From NCBI GenBank assembly GCA_029838215.1, contig JALGVI010000052.1, positions 1-20,878 on the forward strand: 20,878 nt of DNA, read 5' to 3'. Both the position numbers and the translations under genes were made by a program. The notes beneath the pieces are model-generated. The model did no database searches, was not told the origin of the DNA, and saw nothing but the letters and a program-made list of their open reading frames with translations. The stretch is from Candidatus Helarchaeota archaeon. Its GTDB lineage: Archaea > Asgardarchaeota > Lokiarchaeia > Helarchaeales > RDOG01. Numbering within the stretch: position 1 is the first letter of the stretch; every line of letters begins with the position of its first letter. Shown here in pieces: positions 7,725 to 14,918 of the stretch.

Positions 7725-8738
7725 ATGGAGTTCTTTCAACCGGGATTATCTGCTGAGAAAAATGAAAAAGAAGAGGCTTCTCCGAAATCATCTTTCAATT
7801 CCCAAGTCGAAGAAGAATTAAGATCCCGGATTTCTTCTCTGAACCAAGAAATCGCGACCCTAAAGCAATCATTAGAAGAAATGAAAAAACAGATTGTAAC
7901 ATTAAAGCGGGAGCATAAAGCCGAAATTCTCGAACAACAGGCACAAATAAAGGAAAAAAGTCGAGAAGTAAAAAGCGTCAAACACGAATTAAATGAACTC
8001 AAATCAAAAAGACGCTTGCTTCAGTTGAATCAGGAAAAAACTGAAAAGAATCTGATGGAACAGGTCAAGGAATTTACCGAGCTAACGGCTAAATTGCAAA
8101 AAGAGATAGAAGAAAAGGACGTTCAGTATAGGCTCTTAAAAAGAGAAATTGAAGAAAAAACGAACGCATTGGATGCAAGCGAATCGTTAAAAAAAGAGAA
8201 TGAAGAGCTAGCTGAAAAGTTAAAACAACAGCAGGAGAAAATGGTTCACGAAAAAGCACTAATCAAGGTCTTAGAAAGTCGGATTGCTGAATTAGAGCTC
8301 CAGATTCACGATGTTGATCAAGTTGAAGAATTAAAGAATGAAATTCAACGACTAGAAATTGAAAACATGGCAATGCGCAAGGAAAAAGAGCAAATTCTGG
8401 AAAAAAATAAAAAACTTCACTTGAAAATGCAGAAGGCATTGAGCTCCGCCAAGAAACTCGAACAGCAGGAAGATCAAATGAACATGATTCAAACACGGAA
8501 TAAAGCATTGCTAAATAAAATTAAAAATCTTAATGAAGAAATAGTCTCACTTAAAACCGAGAACGAAAAACTCCTCGAAATCAAGGAACGAGTTCATCAG
8601 CTCGAAGAAGAATCAATTCAGGATTTTTCGTCCATCAAGTCTGAACTTGAAAAATTAAAACAAGAAAACACGGCGTTGAAAGAAAAATTATCTAAAAAAG
8701 AGATACGGGTTTACACGATAAAAATTCAAGAAAAATAA
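7725..8738 (+). CDS. Long coiled-coil protein of unknown function
   Basis: About 300 aa of E/K/L/Q-rich heptads, no Walker A motif, short beta-like tail IRVYTIKI. Confidence 0.75.
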   Translation: MEFFQPGLSAEKNEKEEASPKSSFNSQVEEELRSRISSLNQEIATLKQSLEEMKKQIVTLKREHKAEILEQQAQIKEKSREVKSVKHELNELKSKRRLLQLNQEKTEKNLMEQVKEFTELTAKLQKEIEEKDVQYRLLKREIEEKTNALDASESLKKENEELAEKLKQQQEKMVHEKALIKVLESRIAELELQIHDVDQVEELKNEIQRLEIENMAMRKEKEQILEKNKKLHLKMQKALSSAKKLEQQEDQMNMIQTRNKALLNKIKNLNEEIVSLKTENEKLLEIKERVHQLEEESIQDFSSIKSELEKLKQENTALKEKLSKKEIRVYTIKIQEK

Positions 8739-8756
8739 AAAGTTTTAACGAGGAAT

Positions 8757-9713
8757 CTATTTTACTTCTAGCAATTTTTGTTTCCATGTATCTAATACTT
8801 GCTTGAACTCCTCAATTTCACGTTGTGTAAGACTTTCTGTCTTCCTTGCTTTAAAAATCCTGGCTGATTTTCCCATTTCGTATAAAATTGGGGTCCACTT
8901 GTAATTTTCACTCAAATATTTCTTTGTTTTTTCTAGCGTAACTGCCAAATCCCTGGCAATTTCACCGACTTGAATTTGAACTAATGCATCAAATATTTGA
9001 TTTATTAAGTCTGTTCCCGTGACTGAATTATCAGCGAAAATTTTGCCTATTATTGCTTTATAATCTGCACCCGAAGCCGCTACGGACGAAGTCGATAGAT
9101 CTGCATCCAACTCCGAAACTGCACTCATCAAGGCCGTTTCGTCCTGTGGTTTGGTCTCAATTGGAAGTTTTGTAGTTGTGGCAACTGTTGTATTGGTAGA
9201 TGACGCTTGAACGGGATTTGCAACTGCTGCGGGTGTTGCATTGGCTTGCACATTCTTAATTGGAGCAGATCGCAAGAGTTGCTTAAACTGCTGAAGTTCT
9301 GCTGAAATATCCATTCTATCCAAGCGATCAAGTTTCCTATTCAATTCATCCATGGTCTTTTGAAGATTCTTATTAAAATATTTCATCTCCGCTACGAGAT
9401 TTTCAACCTTTTCGATGCGAGCAACTGTCATCATCATTCGTTCCAAGGTCGTTGCAAACTCGCCCATTCGTCCAATTAATGTCAATCCGATCTTTTCAAA
9501 AGCATCACTTAACCGTTTCATTGCTTGGTTAATGGATTCAATATCTCCCTTCTCAAAAACAGGACCCGGCGCGGGTTTGGGTGCAACACCAAGTTCCGCT
9601 TTTACGTGGTCAGGTAATTGATCTAATACTTCCTGTGGTATCTCCTGATTTTTTGCGGTTTCCTTTTTTGAATCAGGGGGTTGATTTTTCTCAGACAAAA
9701 AGTTATCCTCCAT
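8757..9713 (-). CDS. Hypothetical protein: coiled coil, Ala/Thr/Pro-rich linker, helical C-terminal domain
   Basis: 318-aa ORF with an AGG-containing leader and modular composition. No family recognised. Confidence 0.7.
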   Translation of the reverse strand: MEDNFLSEKNQPPDSKKETAKNQEIPQEVLDQLPDHVKAELGVAPKPAPGPVFEKGDIESINQAMKRLSDAFEKIGLTLIGRMGEFATTLERMMMTVARIEKVENLVAEMKYFNKNLQKTMDELNRKLDRLDRMDISAELQQFKQLLRSAPIKNVQANATPAAVANPVQASSTNTTVATTTKLPIETKPQDETALMSAVSELDADLSTSSVAASGADYKAIIGKIFADNSVTGTDLINQIFDALVQIQVGEIARDLAVTLEKTKKYLSENYKWTPILYEMGKSARIFKARKTESLTQREIEEFKQVLDTWKQKLLEVK

Positions 9714-9816
9714 GTTTCCTTGAAAGCATTTTTTTTAAGATATTCCTAATTTGGTCTTTGAATTAATCATCATGCTACTTAATTTTTCGTGTTATGTTGA
9801 ACATTGGAAACAACAA

Positions 9817-9826
9817 TTTTATTAAA
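9817..9826 (+). promoter_or_regulatory. Candidate TATA box for the histone gene
   Basis: TTTTATTAAA preceded by an A-rich BRE-like stretch, about 52 nt upstream of ATG 9879. Confidence 0.35.
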
Positions 9827-9878
9827 CTATCGTCAATTAATAACAAGGATTTATCATGAAAGAGGAGAATCCTTAGAA

Positions 9879-10106
9879 ATGAGAAAAACTGAAAGAATTA
9901 TACCTCTTGCTCCATTAGATCGACTCATACGCGAAGCCAAGGCTGAAAGGGTATCCGAGAAAGCCTCTAAAGAACTGGGTGAAATTCTCGAAGAAATTGC
10001 TCTAGAAATCGCCACGATGGCAAAAGACCTCGCACAACACGCACATCGAAAAACTATTAATGACTCTGATATTCGACTGGCGTTCAAACAATGGAAGAAT
10101 AAATGA
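9879..10106 (+). CDS. Archaeal histone (HMf/HTk family), 75 aa
   Basis: IPLAPLDRLIR..AERVS...LEE...A..LAQHAHRKTINDSDI is the HMfB histone-fold pattern. ATG 9879 follows the RBS GAGGAG (9862-9867), so the upstream TTG 9804 extension is unlikely. Confidence 0.95.
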   Translation: MRKTERIIPLAPLDRLIREAKAERVSEKASKELGEILEEIALEIATMAKDLAQHAHRKTINDSDIRLAFKQWKNK

Positions 10107-10115
10107 TTCTTAAAA

Positions 10116-10244
10116 TTAAAGACTTACTAAAAGGTCGTCTTTTTCTCCGCATTTTGGACATTTTATGTCGTCAAATGCGACACCATCTTCAATTGAAAAT
10201 TCTTCCTTGCATTTATTGCATTTAAACTCAAGTTTCTTGGACAT
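10116..10244 (-). CDS. Small Cys4 zinc-ribbon protein, 42 aa (not in the ORF track)
   Basis: Hand translation gives MSKKLEFKCNKCKEEFSIEDGVAFDDIKCPKCGEKDDLLVSL*, a CxxC-x16-CPxCG pattern. It starts 42 nt after the CoA-transferase beta stop on the same strand. Confidence 0.75.
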   Translation of the reverse strand: MSKKLEFKCNKCKEEFSIEDGVAFDDIKCPKCGEKDDLLVSL

Positions 10245-10286
10245 GTTTGTTAACTTCTTTACGTTTTCAATAAAAATGAAAAAAAA

Positions 10287-11171
10287 TCAAGGGGAAATGA
10301 TCGGCATTACTCGTTTTTCCATTTGCATTTCTTTCATCACTATATCTGTCAGTAGCTTTGCCCGTTCTTTACCTGTCAACGTTTCGAGTTTTCTGATTCC
10401 CAACGGATCGACTTTTTCTCTTAACAACTGAATTTCCCGAACGGTCGGTATCTCTGTTTCAGGCACGTTATCAGGAATTATTAATTCAAAGCCTGTATTC
10501 TGTTGAACCTGTTCCACCGTAATACCCGGGTGAACCGATTTAATCATCATTCTCTTGGTTTTCTCATCAAATCCCAGAACCGCTAGATCCGTGATTACAA
10601 TTTGTGGACCTGCTCCACCGCAAATTGATGGCTTTCCATCCTGAAAACCCACGCCCGAAATGAAAAACAATTTCTCACTAGGGACGAACGTCCGTGAATC
10701 GTGCCTTGTAACGTATAAGTATTGACCTTTTTTATAGAACATGCTGAAATCCCCGATTCCTGCGCATCCCGGTAATCGAATTTTCGGTTTATTCCAATCA
10801 CCAATACAGATGTTATTCGTGTTTCCATATTGGTCTATTTGCGCAGGTCGAAAGAATTCTATCGTTGTAAGCGTATCGTGAGGTAACAATTCAATCGTGC
10901 ATTCACCACTATTGTGTTTCCTGTATGCACGTTGCACATTGGTGTTTTCAAGCCAAAGCAACGAAACTTGTCGCGGTTCCAAGACGAAAGTGTTTCCCAT
11001 GATATAGTGGAAGATGGCTTTCGGTGCATGTGTGACTTTAGCCAGCGTAAATGCTGCCCAAACGCAAGGCGTGGCAACACCCACGATCATGACATCGTCG
11101 TTGGTAACCTGACGTGCCATCTGAACCGTAATCATCTCATCAATCGTATAATCTTTTGAATACTCAACCAT
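10287..11171 (-). CDS. Family I CoA-transferase beta-subunit homolog (GctB/AibB/IpdB-like), non-canonical
   Basis: GVATP, THAP, AQIDQYGNTN, RLPGCAG, ITDLAV, SVHPG..VEQVQQNTGF and VDPLG. ATG 11171 follows GAGGTG. Open to GTG 11180. Confidence 0.85.
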   Translation of the reverse strand: MVEYSKDYTIDEMITVQMARQVTNDDVMIVGVATPCVWAAFTLAKVTHAPKAIFHYIMGNTFVLEPRQVSLLWLENTNVQRAYRKHNSGECTIELLPHDTLTTIEFFRPAQIDQYGNTNNICIGDWNKPKIRLPGCAGIGDFSMFYKKGQYLYVTRHDSRTFVPSEKLFFISGVGFQDGKPSICGGAGPQIVITDLAVLGFDEKTKRMMIKSVHPGITVEQVQQNTGFELIIPDNVPETEIPTVREIQLLREKVDPLGIRKLETLTGKERAKLLTDIVMKEMQMEKRVMPIISP

Positions 11172-11181
11172 GATCTGCACC

Positions 11182-12036
11182 TCATGTCTTAATGTTTAAA
11201 ATCGTTTTTACTCCTCCAACTGCTTCTAAATATTCAGCATTCGACTTGCCCGTAATGAATTTCTTACGATACTCTTCAAAGGGAGTACTCACGTATTCCT
11301 GAATGTGGAGTGGATCAAAGGAGTAGTCCGGAAAACAACTGGTAGGATGAGCACCATAAGGTAACTTTACAACCGCATCGACTTTTTGCATCGGAATTTG
11401 TGCAGTTCCTTGGGACCTGATAATGTCTTCTGTTTCTACTATTCTTTCACAAGTGATGATGGTTTTTTTGGCTGTTTTTGCCAAATCATCATCGATCCAT
11501 ACAACTCCCGCAACATTTCCGTTTCCCTTTTCATCCGCATAAGGAACGTGGATGATTGCCACGTCTAACTGAATGGGTGGCAGGGCCATTAGAGGCTCAT
11601 TGTTCAACGGATCGTTAAATTGTTTCATGTCAGGACGTACTTTTGGGATGTCTGTCCCAATGATCCCTTTTAAAGGCATGAAAGGAAGCCGCAAATACGT
11701 GGCTTTTAACCCCAAAACAATTGATGCTTCTGTTTCTTCATATATTTTTATACGACCTTCTTCAACTGCCTTTCTATGATTAGGGGCTAAACCAAATAAT
11801 TCCATGCCTACAAAACTACATCTCACCTTGTTGCAGCATCCTGCTCCAATTAACATGTCGGTACAAATGCCTCCAACGAAAGAAACTACACCTAAATCCT
11901 TCTTATTCTGACGAATTATCTCTCTCGTGATTCCAACGGCTTTTCTCCAGAAGCTCAATCCACCAATCCCGACCCAGTCGCCATCTTGGACGTAGGTGGA
12001 AACAGCTTCTTCTAAAGACATGATCTTATCAACCAA
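11182..12036 (-). CDS. Family I CoA-transferase alpha-subunit homolog (GctA/AibA/IpdA-like)
   Basis: MSLEEAV..YVQDGD.VGIGG, RK, DVAIIH...ADEKGN and GAHPTSC. The ORF is open to ATG 12129, but TTG 12036 follows GAGG and matches the usual family N-terminus. Confidence 0.87.
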   Translation of the reverse strand: MVDKIMSLEEAVSTYVQDGDWVGIGGLSFWRKAVGITREIIRQNKKDLGVVSFVGGICTDMLIGAGCCNKVRCSFVGMELFGLAPNHRKAVEEGRIKIYEETEASIVLGLKATYLRLPFMPLKGIIGTDIPKVRPDMKQFNDPLNNEPLMALPPIQLDVAIIHVPYADEKGNGNVAGVVWIDDDLAKTAKKTIITCERIVETEDIIRSQGTAQIPMQKVDAVVKLPYGAHPTSCFPDYSFDPLHIQEYVSTPFEEYRKKFITGKSNAEYLEAVGGVKTILNIKT

Positions 12037-12439
12037 GTTCAATCGCCTCGTTAAGACTTCTCTAAAATGATTAGAATTTGGATATCCTGTAATAGAGTAA
12101 TACTTCAGAATATCTCTTTCATTTCTCATTTTAAGAAATTGAATAAAAAGATTATTCGTGCTACGAACTCGAATCTAAATTATCACAGATTTTACTCATC
12201 TTGACCATTCACGTGATTTTTTCGTTCAGAAGGATGTGAAAAACTTGATTAACCTGAGAAATCAAACCGAAGACTTGAAATGATCCTGACGTTGTATTAA
12301 AGAAAACCTTGAAAATCGAGAACTAATCAATGGTATTAATAACTCATGCTTAAACGAAAATCTTTATTTAATTCTTCAAAATCAATTAACAATGATCGTC
12401 GTTTTTGAGTGCTTTCGGAAAAATGAGAAGTGATGAATA

Positions 12440-13060
12440 ATGGAACCCCCCGAGAACGAGCGGTATTTAACCAATCGAATTATCATTATTCTCTGTCTTA
12501 CAGGAATGAGCACTTTCATTACATCATTCATATTCTATTTAATAATCAGGACCATGTTTCCCGGACTCCTGATGTTGATCCGTCCCGATATTTGGTTATA
12601 CTTCATAAATATTGGAATGGCGACCGTTTTCGGAACTCGTCAAGTGATATTAGATCGAACAAGAGTCAAATCAATTAAGGCATTGATTTTCATCGGCATT
12701 AAGTTCATGATCCTTTATTCCCTTTTATTTCCGATCTTTTCCGATTTGATTGGTCATTTGATCCTTGAATATCAACCATCTTATCTATACATGTATTCAA
12801 CTTTTGTTGCAATCTTGGCATTGTTGACATTCCCCGTTGCTCTCTTTGATCGAATCGATCAACTCCTCCCGATCATTCCATTGCTGGTTTTCTTTTATTT
12901 TTCGGGTCTCATACTCCAGACAGTGGACGACATCGTCATGTATCAAGCCATTCTCGTGATTTCGGTCGGGTTCATTTTGACGATTGAAGTCTTCATTTAC
13001 ATCTTAGGAGTGATCATACTTCATCACCGCGAGAAACCAAAAAGAAGATCAAGGACTTGA
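12440..13060 (+). CDS. Integral membrane protein, about 6 TM helices, unknown function
   Basis: Repeated hydrophobic segments of about 20 aa and a basic C-terminal tail HHREKPKRRSRT. Its 3' end overlaps the convergent gene by 12 nt. Confidence 0.7.
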   Translation: MEPPENERYLTNRIIIILCLTGMSTFITSFIFYLIIRTMFPGLLMLIRPDIWLYFINIGMATVFGTRQVILDRTRVKSIKALIFIGIKFMILYSLLFPIFSDLIGHLILEYQPSYLYMYSTFVAILALLTFPVALFDRIDQLLPIIPLLVFFYFSGLILQTVDDIVMYQAILVISVGFILTIEVFIYILGVIILHHREKPKRRSRT

Positions 13061-14101
13061 ACAGAACTCCTGCTTGCTATTATATGTTTCCATATCGATC
13101 GTAGAGTCGTAAAGCGTAGATATCATTGCTTCTATGCTCGATTTGTCAAATTTATCGAAAACTTGCTGAGAAAGTTCGATGACGGCTTTTATCTTTTGTA
13201 ATAAGTATCTCTTGTAATCTTCATTTAGCTTGCGTGGTGAATTAACCTGCAATTCTTTGAGACAATTGAAATAACTATCCGTCCAATATCTACGCAAATA
13301 AACCTTTCGATAGATGAAATTGGTGAGTTTCGGCAAGAGATCCTGAATGATTTCTTCATTGAAATTAAACAAGTTAAGAATCTCTTTCTTTACAAAGTCT
13401 TGAAGTGATTTTCGTCTCTTTAATAATTCAAGTAGAACATCAGAATCATTTTTTTCTAGGTGGTTGAAATACATTCTTCCTGCCGGTGTCACGGTGGCAT
13501 CCTTTCCTCTAAAAATCCTTCCATCGGGACCCAACTGAATGATGATGGTGTTCTTAAATCTCTGGACTAGGCCATTTATGACAAAAAACTCTCCCTCGTG
13601 AAACCCCCGACCCATTTCAACTTCTTCGTTATAAAACATGATGGTGACCGGTTGTCCCATTATGTCGACTGCAACCAGTTTTTTCGATTCTACGTGATTT
13701 GATTTCGTAGGAAAGATCTCGCTTATGCAGGATGCAAATTGGACCTTTTGTAGGTTTTCATCTCGAATATCATTCACGAAGATGACGGGTTTCCGAGCTA
13801 ATCGTTCTCTGACTTTCTGATATAATGGGTTATTTTCGATTTCTTTTCCAGATAGGACTTTCCCATTTCGACCAAGTGAAATTGATAATCCCCTGCTTCC
13901 TTCCTTTACCCAACAATTCACGCACAGCACGATGTATCCATTTTCTAACTCGAGATCTCTTGTAGAGAAAAGAGAGATTTCTCCTGTCCCATCAATTAAT
14001 TTATACATGATCCACTTCTTGTCCTTATCTCTCATCACGTGAATGATTTGTCCGCATATCGTATCTTCCATGTTACTTTTAAGATCTTTAATATCAGTCA
14101 T
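13049..14101 (-). CDS. Tandem OB-fold protein (RPA/SSB-like) with C-terminal helical domain
   Basis: LIDGTGEISL...GYIVLCVNCWVKEG...ISLGRNGKV resembles the RPA OB1 pattern. A second repeat reads V.IMFYN...GEFFVING...IQLGPDGRI. RBS GAGGA. Confidence 0.65.
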   Translation of the reverse strand: MTDIKDLKSNMEDTICGQIIHVMRDKDKKWIMYKLIDGTGEISLFSTRDLELENGYIVLCVNCWVKEGSRGLSISLGRNGKVLSGKEIENNPLYQKVRERLARKPVIFVNDIRDENLQKVQFASCISEIFPTKSNHVESKKLVAVDIMGQPVTIMFYNEEVEMGRGFHEGEFFVINGLVQRFKNTIIIQLGPDGRIFRGKDATVTPAGRMYFNHLEKNDSDVLLELLKRRKSLQDFVKKEILNLFNFNEEIIQDLLPKLTNFIYRKVYLRRYWTDSYFNCLKELQVNSPRKLNEDYKRYLLQKIKAVIELSQQVFDKFDKSSIEAMISTLYDSTIDMETYNSKQEFCSSP

Positions 14102-14215
14102 GATTCCTCATCTCTCTACAAGAATAAGATGGGTTTAAATTTATAAGTTCAAGCTGAGGGATCATTATATTAAAGACATATTTAAAATATCATGAAGAAA
14201 CAAAGGCAGGCTCTC

Positions 14216-14890
14216 ATGACACGGGCAATTGTGGTTTTATCAGGTGGAATGGACTCCACGACCGTTGCAGGAATCTTGCATGCCAAAGGGTATGAGATTT
14301 ACGGGATAACGGTCGACTATCTTCAACGGACTTCGAAAAAGGAATTGGATTGTGCTAAAAAAGTCGGGGAATTTTATGGATTCAAGGATCACCTTTTTAT
14401 TAATCTGAGTTTCATGAAAGAAATCTTGAAGGATTCGACATCATTAATCGATGAGAAACTTGAAATTCCAACCGAATCATCTGAAGATGAAATCCCAAAT
14501 ACTTATGTTCCCTTTCGAAATACCATCATTCTCTCTCTTGCTGTAGCGTGGGCTGAGACTCTCAATGCTGAGTTGATAGGAATTGGTGTCAATGCTCTAG
14601 ACTATTCTGGCTATCCCGATTGCCGTCCCGAATATATCGAAGCATTTGAAAAAGTGGCAAGACTGGGGACAAAACCTAATTATGCACCACAAATTTTCAC
14701 GCCATTACAACACATGTCGAAAGCAGAAATTGTAAAAAAAGCCGTTGAATTGGGAGTTCCATTGGATTTAACTTGGTCTTGTTACCAAAACCAAGAAAAA
14801 GCATGTGGTACGTGCGAATCTTGCCAATTACGCATTAAAGGTTTTAAAGAAGCTGGAGTGACTGACCCGATCCCCTACGAATCGACTTGA
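14216..14890 (+). CDS. queC: 7-cyano-7-deazaguanine synthase
   Basis: SGGMDS PP-loop, TYVPFRN, YSGYPDCRPEY and zinc ligands SCY...CGTCESC..R. Upstream in-frame ATG at 14192 is an alternative start. Confidence 0.95.
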   Translation: MTRAIVVLSGGMDSTTVAGILHAKGYEIYGITVDYLQRTSKKELDCAKKVGEFYGFKDHLFINLSFMKEILKDSTSLIDEKLEIPTESSEDEIPNTYVPFRNTIILSLAVAWAETLNAELIGIGVNALDYSGYPDCRPEYIEAFEKVARLGTKPNYAPQIFTPLQHMSKAEIVKKAVELGVPLDLTWSCYQNQEKACGTCESCQLRIKGFKEAGVTDPIPYEST

Positions 14891-14896
14891 ACTTGC

Positions 14897-14918
14897 AAGA
14901 AAAAAGAGAAAAAAAGAA
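14897..14918 (-). terminator. Oligo(T) terminator of the oxidoreductase operon
   Basis: A T-rich tract (runs of T with few C) lies on the minus strand directly after the stop at 14919, typical of archaeal terminators. Confidence 0.55.

Noticed and set aside
7665-7727. A 19-codon in-frame ORF ending in TAG directly before ATG 7725 (possible pyrrolysine readthrough)
   Set aside because: No Pyl machinery or relevant enzyme context is present, and such short AT-rich ORFs arise by chance.
7725-8738. SMC/Rad50 or CdvA call for the coiled-coil protein
   Set aside because: No Walker A/B, hinge, zinc hook or PRC-barrel head is visible.
9804-9878. Long N-terminal histone tail implied by the 100-aa ORF call
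   Set aside because: It depends on a TTG start in promoter-like AT-rich DNA. A strong RBS precedes ATG 9879 and the extra residues are not tail-like.
12037-12129. 31-aa N-terminal extension of the CoA-transferase alpha subunit
   Set aside because: A GAGG site precedes TTG 12036, where family similarity begins, so the extension is probably untranslated.
14141-14175. GTTCAAGCT upstream of queC, also riboswitch-loop-like
   Set aside because: Only a weak TATAA/TTATA stem, the wrong loop length and no complementary tail. It sits among TATA-like boxes of a divergent promoter.
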